Shown here piece by piece: positions 46,343 through 60,892 of a stretch of DNA of 64,000 bases (positions within the stretch are counted from its first letter, which is position 1; each line of letters opens with the position of its first letter). Under the pieces are notes generated by a model that saw only the letters and a program-made list of their open reading frames with translations, was not told the origin of the DNA and ran no database searches. This stretch comes from the human T2T-CHM13v2.0 reference genome, Homo sapiens. The position numbers and the translations under genes are program-made. The stretch lies in NCBI RefSeq assembly GCF_009914755.1, contig NC_060942.1; one strand, given 5' to 3'.

Positions 46343-48213
46343 ATTCAAGGAATCACAGAAAGACATGTCAGGTATTCGTTCAACTTTGCCAATGATCCAT
46401 GAATGGCCATTTGTTCTTATTTCTGTTTTAATCGGAAGTTTTTAAAATTTTTAATGTGATTATTTACACAGCCCAAGACTCCGACCCACAACACATACAC
46501 ACAAACACCAGAATAGTCATTATATAAGGGAAGTGCAAACTGACGGTTTTTTATTTTGTAGAAAATATGTCTGTATCAAATAAATAGTTACATATTTGAG
46601 TTCAGCTTTTTATTCTCTAGAATTAAATTTCTAATTTACTATAATAATAATAGCTAATGTTTATTGAACTCATACCACATGCCAAGGATTATTGCATTGC
46701 TCTTATGTATTAACTCATTTACTCATAACCACAGATTGAGGCAGGTAGTCTTGTTATCCCAGTTTTACAGATCAGGAAACTGAAGCACAGAGAAACTAAG
46801 AAATTTGCCCAAATTCTTATACCTGAGAAGTAGCAGAACTGGAATTTGAACCCAGACATTCTGGCTCTTAATCATTATATAATTACTTTTCTATTTGGAT
46901 AAACTTTATCTTAAAAATTATGGCTAACAGAATAGCTCTTGAATATACTGAAAGTGAAGAAAATTCTAATTAAAGCAATTGTAAATGATGGTAAACAGAG
47001 CCTACTGCCTTAAAAAAAGAGATTGTTTTAAACTGATAGTATTTTGATACATGAAAAGACCATTTAAAACAAAATTATGAATCCGGTTTATATAATACTT
47101 CATAACTTTATACCTTTGTAATTAACTTTTAAATCTTTGTTGAAATAGTATTTACAAAACATGTTTGCATAAGAATGGTAACTTACTATTTTCCTTTATT
47201 ACATATATCTTCCTTAAATCCTGTATTTTAATGACACACTAAATAAAGTAAAATCTCAAGAAATTTATTAAAATGATGTAAGAATTAAAATTTTAGCGTA
47301 CTTTTATGCAATTTGCTATTAATTACATTTTCTACATGAAGGTATAGTGCTGAGACATTCTTTTACCTATGTCTAACACAGTGCAAAGAAAAGTCGAAGT
47401 GTCAATTATCTGTGTGATTGGGCCTTCAGAAGCTATTTTCTAAAATATTGACTTAAAGAAAAAACTAATTGTTTTGCCCCATACCTTCACTTCATTCTCT
47501 TATTTATTTTTTTGACTTCATTTTTGCTACCTGGATAATAAAATTTCTATTCATGTCATTGGGATTTAATGTAGCCCAGCTAATATTTCTCATTTGCCTC
47601 ACATATATGTTGCATATAAAGCCCTGTTCCCAATATACTATACTTAACACTAGTCAGAGCTCATCCAGTTGAGAGTTTCACAGCTACTCATCCAGAAATT
47701 GGGTTTAAGAAAATGTAAATGAATGGATATTAATCTTTTTATATATTTATTAAGCATTATCACAATGCATACAACCCTACTGTGGTTTTAGGACACAAAT
47801 TAAGAAAAACAGCCCTGGTTTCTGACACCAGAAGTTAAAACCTAATAGAAACAGCAAACACGTCCATATATTTTGGAGAATTTTGAAGAACACAGGCCTG
47901 AATAGGCTAGAGAAAATTTTAATAATTGCTTACAAGCACATGAAGGATTATGATGTTGATGCATTCATGTAATGTTCAACAGATCTTCACTGAGAGCCAA
48001 TTCTATGCTAGGCTCAATTCACAGACAAGCCTTGCCCTTTTAGAGCACTCTATTTGGTAACTACAGCTTCATTGCATTAAAGGAAGCACAAAGGGAAATA
48101 ACATGCAGAAGAATACTATTAGGTTAAATTTGTACTAATACAATGAAAAATACTGAATAAATTCATTGATTCAGCATATTTGCAATACCTCCAAAATGGA
48201 ATAAATGTATCAG

Positions 48214-48292
48214 TTAGGTTGGTGCAAAAGTAATTGTGGCTTTTGCCATTACTTTTATGACAAAAACTGTAATTACCTTTGCACCAAACTAA
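48214..48292. mobile_element. MADE1 (Hsmar1-derived MITE)
   Basis: ~80-bp palindrome ttaggttggtgcaaaagtaattg...aattacctttgcaccaaactaa. Confidence 0.9.
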
Positions 48293-48706
48293 TATTTAAA
48301 AGACAAATGGAGTAGTTGGTTTCTAAAGGTCTTAGCATTGTAAAATATCATTAAGAAGTCAATATTTTCTTTTCCTTCAAGTCTCTTTACTCCTGCCATT
48401 CCTCCCTTTATTTAATATATTTTCTTTTAGATAAAAAGAGAATGCTGATGCACAAGCTTAGAGTGTCTTTCATGATCAGTTATTAGGGACTGGAATCTGT
48501 AATATTTGCTGGCTTTTCTTTTACAGAACAATTGTAAAACATAAATGTTGACTGATAGAGTTATTATTAATTATGATAGGCAGACATCTTCCCTTTTTGG
48601 TCCTGTCATGACAATAAGTTCATATTGTCCCACTCCCAAAACATTTTCCTCTATCCCCTGCCTGTCTATTGCCCACTATTTCTTTACTGCACTTTACAAG
48701 AGGTGA

Positions 48707-49195
<489 letters not shown>

Positions 49196-49543
49196 GGTGG
49201 TGAACATTTTTAATCTTATCCCTCCACATATTAGGGTTAAGGATACCAAAAATTCTTTGTAAAGATTCTACGTTTAGCTGAGATGAGAATATACTTATAT
49301 TCTTAATTGCTTGACATATTTAAAAAACACCATTCACACTGGGAAATAACATATCTAAAAGACAATTGCTTGGGGAGAGCATTAAGCAGTATTGGCAGAA
49401 TCAGTACCTTATCAACCCTATTTTCTAGTCTATTTTGTTCCATATCCTACGACCCTCTTTTATTCAAGAAAAGCTCAAGAATAAAGCAATTAACATTATC
49501 ACTCTTTTGTTCAGTTGCAGTGTGGGGAGTGATGTTCCTTTCA

Positions 49544-49893
<350 letters not shown>

Positions 49894-51089
49894 CTACCCT
49901 CCAAATCAGAAGCCACGAAGTTGCTCAGAAAGCATAATAGAAAAATATGTAATATGCAGATATTAAGTTAGTTAACAATATAAGTTAATTATACTTGGTC
50001 TTTTTGTCTACAGTGTATCCGTTGCCTCACATAAAACAAATAGAAGAGGCTGTCTTTCTTTGTGGATTTCCATTTGTGCTTAAGAGAAGTTTGTTCACAT
50101 AAGTAGCACTCAGTAAATTTATTCCCAAAGATTTAAAGCATATTACATAGATGCATCAAATTGTTAACATAATGTCCATGATAGCATAATGGTAGAGTTC
50201 AAAAATATAAATAAAAGAGAGAGAGAGAATCAGCTCTTGCAATAGAACATGAAAAACCAGGCAATATGTCAAGCACATTGACCATTTAGCCTTGCCAGCA
50301 ATATTGTCAACAATAGCATAAATTTATTATTTAGGATGTCACCCTTACACACTAGAGACTATGCCCTAAATAGCTTCCCTATTGTTTATCGTCTGGTTCA
50401 ATAATTCATGAATTTATCTAAACTTTTTTTTCTGTTTATTATTTAAACCTGTATCACACTTGGAATGAAAAGTGGGGAACTTTGATCTAAATTGCAATTA
50501 CTTTTTTAAAAAATTATCTGAAATCTTTCAGAATTTTAGGTGTCCCTCTAATCTTGTATTTCAGAAATTGATACTAATTCTTTTTTAATTACCAATAGCT
50601 TTGTGATTTTAAAGTGCTTTAACTTTTCTGTTTTAAAAATTACTTTTTAGTGTCTCACTACACAGAATCCATGCCCACCAATCTCAGCATCATTAATATT
50701 TCTTTTTCCTGAAACCGTTAAAGCTTTATATTTAAAGTTTTGAAGGGGTATATATTAATATGGCTGTGCTAGCATGATAACTAAATATTATTTTCAAGTT
50801 GCAAAAAAAAGTGGAGGCAGTGGTTTGATATTTAGCCAATCAGAACATTTAATCTTGTCCTTGATCAAGTATACCCTCTTCGGCATGTTAAAACTAAGAA
50901 CTAGTATCAACAAAGAAAAAAACATTTAAATTTAAATACATTTTATGATTTTCTGTCAAGCCTGGATTGTTGAGTGGGAAATCTTAACCATTATATATTT
51001 ATATTATGTTTAAGGCTATAGATTCCATTCATTTTACGTCACTAAAATACACCAACATATACATATATGCAAAAAATATATCAATATAT

Positions 51090-52386
51090 CCAACATATAC
51101 AAAAAACACTGAAAACACAACAATAAGAAAAAAAACCTAGTTAAAAAGTGGGCAAAATCTGGACACATCACTAAAGATACACAAAGGGCAAATAAGCAGA
51201 TGAAAAGATGCTCAATATCATAGATCATCAAGGAATTACAACATGGATGCAGCCGGAGGCCATTATCCTAAGCAAATTAACACAGGAACAGAAAACTAAC
51301 TACTGCATGTTTTCACTTATAAGTGGGAGCTAAACACTGGGTACTTAGGGACATAAAGATGGCAACAACTGACACTGGGGACTACTGGCGGGGAGTAGAT
51401 GAGGGAAGGGTTGAAAAACCATTAGGTACTATGCTCAGTACCTGGGTGATGGGAGCAATCATACCTCAAACCTCAGTATCACACAATATACCCAGGTAAA
51501 GACCTGCACATGTACCCCCTGAATCTAAAATAAAAGTTGAAATTATTTAAAAAGGAATCGCAAATTAAAACAACAATGAGATACCTCTATACAACTATTA
51601 GCATGACTAAACTCCAGAAAACTGACAGTGCTGTACGCTGGCAAGGATGCAAAGCAACCAAAACTCTTTCATTACTAGTGGGAATGCAAAATGGTGCAGT
51701 CACATGGGAAGACAATTTGGCAGTTTCTTAAAAACTGAATATGCTATATAATCCAGCAGTCATGCCCCCAGGTATTTGCCCAATTGAATTGAAAACTTAT
51801 GTCCACACAAAAACCTGAACATGACTATTTATAGAAGCTTTATTCGTATCATCAAAAACCAGATGCAACCAACATATCCAATAGGTAAATGGATAAACAA
51901 ACTATGGTACACGTATACATTGGAATATTATTTAGCAATAAAAAGGTATTGAGCTGTGAAGCCACAAAAAGACAAGGGGAACCTTAAGTACATATTGCTA
52001 AGTGAAAGAAACCAGTCTGAAAAAGCCACATACTGTATGATTCCAGCCATATGACATTCTGGCAAAGGCAAAACTTTAGAGATAGTAAGATCAGTGGTTG
52101 CAAGGGCCTTGAGGAGAGGAGAAAAAGGATGAAAAGCTGAATCACAGGGGATTTTTAAATCAGTGAAACTATTCTGCTTAATACTGTAATAGTGGATACA
52201 CGATATACATTTGTCAGAACTCATAGAACTATACAAAGCAAAGCGTGGACCTTAGTATAAACTGATGGTATAAATAAATATTGGCTCATCTATTGTGATA
52301 AATGTGCCACATTAATGCTAGATATTTACAATGGAGGAACTGTGGGGGGAAATGGAGATTGTTTATGGGACTCTATTATCTGCTCA
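51090..52386 (+). mobile_element. Old L1M 3' end interrupted by a younger L1P 3' fragment (~51241-51553)
   Basis: L1 ORF2 end/3' UTR motifs (ggaggccattatcctaagc, tcacttataagtgggagc; atactgtatgattcc). Confidence 0.75.
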
Positions 52387-52680
<294 letters not shown>

Positions 52681-53516
52681 TATCTGCTCAATTATTTTTT
52701 TAAATCTAAAAGTGTTCTAAAATACAAATTCTACTAATTTTTAAATGCAGCTGACTTTAATAATATAATATCATTGAGTGTAGAGAAACTATTTGTACCG
52801 ACATTTTACATTATTTATTTATGTCCCAAATATATAGAACATATGGGATTTGTTATTAATTACTATTAAAAATGTCTTTGGTAATGGATTAAGATCTTCT
52901 TCCCCAATGGATAACTTCTTTTTGTGAAATATGGACAGTAAGGAGGAGTAAGGTCATAATAAAAACACACTTTGGAGATTGTAGGCTACAAATGCTGGAT
53001 ATACAGACCACTGTTTCACTTGTTAAGTGGACAGTATCTCTCAGGTGTTTGGGAATGGAAAACAAGAGCCAGTAATATTTTAGAAACTTGATCTGATTAC
53101 TTTAATTATGATATCCTATCTGGATATTAATAAATATATACAAAAATTCAGTTAGTATTTTTTCTTTCCACAGAAAAAATAAAATGAGTGCTACCTAGCA
53201 GTATATGCCAATTGCAAAAAAAAAAAAAAAACAGGAAAATAAATAGGAATTCAGAAGAAAGAAGTGGCCAAGGGAGGATGTGAGGAATAGATAGAGCTTG
53301 AATTAGATCTTGATGGATGAATAGAGTTGACATAGGTAGAAAAGATGGAAACATGCTAATCGAGAGATAAAAGTACTATGTGCAAGGCCATGGAAGCAAA
53401 GATTCAAACGTCGTGTTCAGAAGATTGAAACTAGAGCTGTATATCTGGAATAGGAAGTGTAACAAAATAGTGAGAGGGTGGAAAAAGAGTCAGGGCCAAA
53501 TTGTCAAGGGTCTTGA

Positions 53517-53730
53517 ACCTCCCAGGTTCAAGCAGTTCTTGTTCCTCAGCCTCCCCTGTAGCTGCAATTACAGGCATGCACCACCACGCGCGCCTAATTT
53601 TTGTAATTTTAGTAGAGACCCGGTTTTGCCATGTTGGCCAGGCTGGTCTCAAACTCCTGACCTCAGGTCATTCACCTGCCTCAGCCTCCCAAAGTGTTGG
53701 GATTACAGGTATGAGCCACCATGCCCGCCC
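53517..53730 (-). mobile_element. Partial AluS
   Basis: Antisense Alu lacking its 3' end. Confidence 0.85.
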
Positions 53731-54527
53731 CTAGCTGTAAATTTTCTGCAAATTGTGTACATTCTTGGGAATTGTTACAAAGTAAAAAAAATCAAATTGA
53801 TTTTAGATGTTATGAAAAAAATTAATAAATTTAATAAATAAAGTTAGCATAATATTTTTTTTGTTAAATATCTGCTAATCTGTATATTTTATTTTCAAAT
53901 TTTACTGTCACTATCAATATTAAAGTTTAAATACATTTGCAAGCCTTTGAAATTTTCACAGGCTCCCATCTCTGTGCCTGTAGGTCAAATGAATAAAATG
54001 TCCCTGCCCTTAACTCTGAAATCTTTTCAAAGGACTACCCTAGTTCCTTTGCACTAGCACCAACTTTCTTGAACATGCAGCCAGAATCTGCTCATTTTTC
54101 TTCAATTTAACTTTTGCATCCTAACTTCTAATCTCTTTATTGGCGTTCTCTCTTCAAGCTCATGAATAAACTCCTAATTGCCAAATCCAAGAGTTCTTTC
54201 AGTAACGCTTTATTTTATGCACTATTAGGCTCACTTCACACTTCTTCTTCTATTCCTAATTCTCATGTTTCACTAATCGTGCACTACCGGAGTGCAGGGT
54301 GAAAAAATTAATCAAGCTGATCAGTTTTTGTGTAACCAATTCTATAGATCTTTTGTGATAATTTATTATATTGTATCTATGCTTAAAAGTATGTTTTCCA
54401 TACCATTGTCTGAAATATAGTTTATTCTAACTTTTATAGTTTGAATTTTAAATATAAATTCAAATTATCTTAAATTCATCTGGAATTAATTCTGGGGTAT
54501 GGTGTGAGACGATACTCTAAACCAGCA

Positions 54528-54803
54528 GTCAGGGGATGGCAGCCGGGGGGAGGTTCAGGATGAAACTGTTCCACTTCAAATCGTCAGGCATTAGTGAGAT
54601 TTTCATAAGGAGCGCACAACCTAGATCCCTGGCATACGCAGTTTCACAATAGGGTTCACGCCCCTATGAGATTCTAATGCCACAGCTAATCTGACAGGAG
54701 GTGGAATGCTTGCTTACCCACCACTCACCTCCTGCTCTGCGGCCTAGTTCCTAACAGGCCACGGACCAGTACCAGTCCCCAGCCCAGGGGTTGGGGACTC
54801 CTG
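54528..54803. mobile_element. MER1B-like hAT-Charlie DNA transposon remnant
   Basis: ggatgaaactgttccac..., gagcgcacaacctagatccc and terminal ggttggggactcctg. Confidence 0.8.
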
Positions 54804-57329
54804 CCGCAAACTGGTATTTTATTCCTTCAAATAGCTATCTAGTTTTTTCAACATTATTTATTAAACATTCGATTCCTTTTTTACTGATGCCTCTCTTTTA
54901 CCTTTTATTGACTCTTTTGTCCCATTGATTTACCTGTCTGTCAGCTCTATAATCTCATTAATTGTAGGTTACCAGTTTTCAGGTGGTTCATTACATTTAC
55001 AAGTAGCTCTGATTGTGTTACCAATTATATGTGAATATATCCTCTGAAGCTATGCAGAATAAATCAATACCATTTCCACATAACAGCCCTTGAAAGAGGT
55101 GAAGACATTGATCATGCTTCCCATTATCCTTAGTTTCTTTGGCCCTTTCTCATACAGTATGAATTCCAGACTCTTTACCAGCTACATTATTTACTTAAAA
55201 TAAGTATCTCAGCAAGAACTGGACTGATATAGATAGCCTAAGACAGAATATTGTTCATTATTTTCCTTGATATAGACCATAAACGTATTTTACAGTAATA
55301 TCATCTCACCATCTCCTTAAAAATATTTTTAATCTTGTCATTATTTTAGAGTTTGAATATAATAAAAAATTTGCCTATCAAAAATAAATTTTGTTTTAGG
55401 TTAGTATATTTTTCAAGGTTATATTATAAAGTTTGTTTAAATATGTTTTATATATAAAGGCAAATGTCAACTGTTCCCCTTCAACAAATGATGAATGTTC
55501 TTCATTTTCTTTAAATTAATTATGTTTTTAAAAACCTCATGATTTTTGAAAAAATAAATTTTAAAATGACCTCATATAGCATGTGTAGAATTAAAAGTTA
55601 GTTAAATAAATATATGTTGAAATATAAATGTTTTAACATCAAAGATGACAAAATCTAGTTTTGGGATCTAATCATTAAAATTCTTTCTATGCTTTAAAAA
55701 AATTAGCTCACTTATTTTTACAATTTATTTGGTTTCTAAATGTTGAAATAAGAGAAATAGTTTTATTCTTCTATTTGCAAATAGTGCTCCATAAATAAAA
55801 CATTGCAGGGGTAGAGAGTCATTATACCCCTCCAAAACATGCGACCAACTCCAATATGATTGTCACAATATTTTCTGTAACATACAAAGTTATTTAACAA
55901 GTATTTATTGAGTGTTTATTGCCAGACCCATTCTTGGCACTAGGACTGTAGTGACCTGAAGAAAATTATCTAAAAGTTAACTGTAAATTGTCAAATATAC
56001 ATCAATTTAAAAAATAAAAGCAAATTTTGGAGTTATTTTATGCTTCTAATAACTTATATTTAACTCAATGTTCTTTATACTTTCTCGTTAACCAATGGTT
56101 TGTTAAGGTTATAAATTTAGCAGCATATGACAATGAATGAACTTATTTACATAATAGTGAACATCATCGTGACTTCATTAAATGACGAACGGATGAGTTA
56201 ACTAAACTGTGAGTAAATCTATCTCATCTTTCTAAATTCCAGGCATTCATATTTGATGTGTTTGTGGAGGCACTCAAACCATTCTTTTCTAAATTGAAAA
56301 AATACAATTTTTTTAAAAATATTAAGTTGAAAAAAGATTACAGTATGCCTTTAGTTAAATTAATCCCCCAAGTACCTTTGGAAACATTTCAGTGGTCCAC
56401 ATACAATTGCTTAAGAAATGGTGAGTTTTAATTCAGCCACTTTAATTCTGTTTATAATTTGGCATGGAATAAATCACAAATAAGTGATACATGAGTATAT
56501 TAAAATTTATGGTACCCAAAAAATTAGATACTCCTTTCTCTTATTTGTCATTGGCAAATTTGGGAAATGTCTTCATCTATAATGTCATGTAACTTTTCCA
56601 TCTACTATTTATCATTGCATCTGTGCTTTTTTTCTACCCATTTGAAGTTACACGTTTTGATTCTGGCCCTTTTCTTATGAGGCATAATAAGCTTTCTATT
56701 CTCTTCTTGTCATATCTTTGCCCCTTAAGTCTTCAAGCTTATGACGGTATAATGTCATTCATTATGATGTTCATTCCTTCAATCATATGTAGGCATTTTT
56801 CTCCCCAACTTACTGAGCAAAGACTTTTAATCATTCCCAACTTTTATTCTCTCCTTTTTCCATGGCAATAGAATTTTTAGCTGACTGCACAAAATAAACT
56901 TTCCATTTCCCAGTCTTTGTTACAGCTTAATGTGGCCATGTGACCAAGTTTTAGCTGATGTGATTTAACTGAAATGTCCTATGGCAACTTCCAAAAGTCT
57001 TCCATAAAAGGTAGCCAGCAGAAGCCCTTTGTGCTCACTTTTAATCCCTTTATTCCACCTTCCTGCTGGAATTTGGATTCTACCTTGAGTTATGAGAACA
57101 AAGAGATTATGGAACGGTGAGCTAAATGGAACTGGAAACTTCCAGATGTTTTTGTGGAGCAGAGTTCTCATTCTTCCAGATGTTTATTGCATGGAGAAAT
57201 AAATAATTTTTTAAGCCAAACTGAATCTTAACTAATGCACCCCAATTTCATTTTACTTCAAATGCATTCTTCATAAAATGTACATAAAACTCCAGGAGCC
57301 TATTTTTTCAGTTATTCTAAGCTGAATAA

Positions 57330-58840
57330 CTAAATAACCACTGAAAGAGTGGAGGGGATGTTGCTTGGCATTCACAGGTTTTTGTTAGCCATAGAAATAA
57401 TCAAATTTCCTTGTCAATTGTGTCTTTAACCATGGCTATTCTGTCTTTTGTCATTCATAGACAATATCGCTTTACTTTGATTCATTTCAAAAAGTGGTTT
57501 ATAGTTGGCTACAGCCAAAAATTTACTTCTTTTACAAGAAAATTCATGAAAAAGACCATAACAAGTATTCTTGAATGTAGGTTTTTGATAATTTTGGAGA
57601 TTATACCATTGGATTAGGTAAAAACTTACAAAACTCTAATAAACAAATGAATGAGTTCATGAAGATTACTAACCCAACATCAAGTAGAACAAAATTAATT
57701 ACATGAGACTGAACTGATGAAAGACCAAAACAATTTTTGTAACTTCTTTTTATTTGAAATATTGCTGATTCTTTTTATTTTTTGCTTTTCAGAGTCAAGA
57801 CAAAGTTTTTTTTTTTTTTCTTCCTTTCTTTTAAGCTATTTACAGCTTACAGCAATTGGGTAAAATATATTGTTGTGAGCAAAATGGGAACATTTACCTT
57901 TCTTTCTACCTGATCCCTACAGAATTTGAAAACTATTCGTGGGTATTTGTATTTTATGTCAATATATTATTAGCATAACTTCAATAAGAATTTGCTCTCT
58001 TTGTGATAGGGCAATTAGGAGTATAGCTTCCATTACCAAAGCTTTGATTGAGATGTCATATTTTCAGATTGACCAGATTGCTTTGAGGAACTAAGAAGCT
58101 GTTAAACCTTTGGAAGAACTGGCCTGATACGTTGTCTACATGGTTCTCCTACAAGGTGCATGAGTCCATTTTTATGCCGCTGATAAAGACATACCTGCAA
58201 CTAGGAAGAAAAAGTTTAATTGGACTTACAGTTCCACATGGCTGGAGAGGCCTCAGAATCATGGCAGGAGGCAAAAGGCACTTCTTACATGGTGGCACCA
58301 AGGAAAAATGAGGATGATGAAAAAGTGAAAACTCCTGAAAAAATCAGATTTTGTGAGACTTATTCACTACCACGAGAACAGTATGGAGGAAACCGCTCCC
58401 ATGATTCAAATTATTTCCAACCCGGTCCCTGCCACCCCCTCCCCACAACATATGGGAATTACGGGAGTACAATTCAAGAAGATTTAGGTGGGGACACAAA
58501 GCCAAACCATATTACAAGGTTTATAGGCTTGCAGTAAGTAAAGAATACCATTTTCTGACAAGCCCAGGAACTTCAGGATATTTGGGGGACCTCAAAAAAG
58601 AGGGATTTACCCAATTCATACAAGTATTACAGGCAAAATCTGAGGGTGAATTGTTGGCCCGGCTTCCAATCTTAAGAGGCTTTTAAAGATTGAACCTGAA
58701 ATTCCTTATAAAAAAAAGTTTCAGTCAAGTCAATTTAAAAAGTGCTTACATGGCCAAGTACTATTCTGGCTGTACTTTAGTCAAATAATCAGGCCAAGTA
58801 TAACAAGTCTAAAACTTTATTTTGCAAATAAATTGGTCCT
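57330..58840 (-). mobile_element. ERV1 (MER4-group) internal fragment, interrupted by THE1
   Basis: Typical antisense MER4-int-like sequence; subfamily and ends uncertain. Confidence 0.5.
58157..58514 (-). mobile_element. THE1 solo LTR
   Basis: acagttccacatggctggagaggcctcagaatcatggc...; 5-bp TSD caagg at 58152-58156 and 58515-58519. Confidence 0.9.
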
Positions 58841-59183
58841 ACTCTCCTGCAGGGAGCTGTCCTCCTCCTTTCACCTGTTAAACGTCCACTCTCAACCTCA
58901 CTCTCCATGTGTCTGTATCCTTTAGTTCCTCAGCCGTGAGACAATGATCCCAGGGTACCGCCCCAGACAATGAGGCCATTTCACTTGCACACTCACTTGT
59001 ACACTCGATTTGTCCCACTCTAGGCCCCCTACTAGGTACCTTGGGTAAGTAATACAGCATATTTTTCTCCTATGTTTTCTTAAAATAAGTAATGGGGATA
59101 CTAGAAGCTGCAATCTCAGTTATGCCAACAATTATGGAATCCATGGGAAGCACTGGTTACAGGACTTGGACCTGGTGAGCATC

Positions 59184-60198
59184 TGTATTTTTTCTGTGGC
59201 TGCTGTAACAAATTACTACCAACTTGGTGATTTAAAACAATTCACACAGTAGAGATGGCCTGAGTTCAAAGCACTTTCACGGGGCTAAAATCGAGGTATT
59301 TTGGGAGAGCTGCACTCCTTCTGGAGGCTCTTGGGGAGCACCAGCCCTTGGCTCTCCTGACTTCAGGTGGCTGCCAGCACTCCTTGGCTGCAGTGGCCTC
59401 ACTGCAATCTCTGTCTCTGTAGTCATGCAGGGGCCAAGGCAACACTTCCCCTTCACCCTCTGAAGGCTTGCTAGTAAATAAACTGACAAAAGGCAGATTA
59501 ATTGGAGGAAAGGCGTGAACATTTATTAATAGGTGCCTGGGGGAGAGCCACAGAGTGATTGTCCCATATTCCAATGGGGCCCAGATACTTGTATAGCCCT
59601 ATTTCAGAGGGGAAGAGGAGATGGGAATGTAGGTAATTACAGGATGATAAATGATTACTGAAGAGAATAAATAGATCAGGGAACAGGAATTCACTTGTAA
59701 ATGATGCTCTTTGAAAATTGACTGAGACTGAGAGACAGATATTGTCTTGTGAAAGTCTGTGCTGGCATGGTTACACTCTTGTTCCTGTTTTCTGTAATAG
59801 ATAATGAGCTAACAGGGAGAGGAAGGAAAGACAATTGTTCTCCTTGGATACTCCCTCTGGTCTCTATGTAGACAGAGAACGTTCTCCTCCAGCCTCTGTT
59901 GATCTCTGAAGGTCTTTAATTCAAAATGCACGTTACATCAGGGACCACTATTTTGGGGTGAAGTTCTCTGCACTCCTTCAGTTTCACATCTTCTGCCAGT
60001 TAAGCCACCCTCTGTCTCTCTCCTATAGTAGCACTTGTGATTCCATTTAAGGTACACCTGGAAAATCAGAGCTATTGCTCCACCACAGAATCCTTAAACA
60101 CATTCCCAAAGACCCTTTTTCTACATCGAGGAACAACTACACATTCCAGAGATTAGGACCAGATACCTGTGTAAGCTATTATTTAGCTCACCACTACA
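59184..60198 (-). mobile_element. MLT1 LTR split by an ERV1-type LTR (~59430-59980)
   Basis: ggctgctgtaacaaattactaccaacttggtg start; MLT1-like sequence resumes at ~59985. Confidence 0.6.
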
Positions 60199-60892
60199 TT
60201 TGATATATACTTGTCCCTGGCCCCCAATCATTAGATTATAAAGAAGGGCTGTCCAATTGTCATCTGTCTTCACTGTGGTTCCAACCCCAGAGCTCCATTG
60301 TTATTAACACCTGTATAATCCTGAGCCCCAACATGGTTTCATCCACCCACAGCAGGGCAGACCTCATCACATGGGCCATGGGGCATTGACCTACTGTGTT
60401 TATCGGTGATCAGTTCTCTTCCCATGATCTGGCCTAAAGTTTCTGGAAAACAGTTTCTATGCATAATTATCCCAGCTGGATATTACAGAGCTATAAAAGG
60501 CAGAGGTCCTGTCCTGGCCGTGTGTCTAAGCTAGAGAAACATTTATTTCAGGTTATTCTGAGGCTTGATGGGAATGAGCCTGGCTCCTGGTCTAACCTAA
60601 TAGTAAACATGTTCCCACAGCCAGGCTCTGAGTACTCCTTGGGGCCTGAGCTAACCTCAGTTTTGGGGGACTGTTCTATTTTGTGAGTCACTTTACCAGG
60701 CACACAGGATCTGAACTTCTTTTCTCCTCTCTTCTTTCCCTCTCTTCCTCATTCTCCCTCTCCTCTCTCACTCCATTGATCTTTTTCTATTCCTCAACTC
60801 CCCATTTGCTGTCCTCTACTTTGATTTCCTCATTCTCCCTCATGTCTATATATCCATTTACAGCTTAATCCCCCCCATCTCACCTGATTCCT

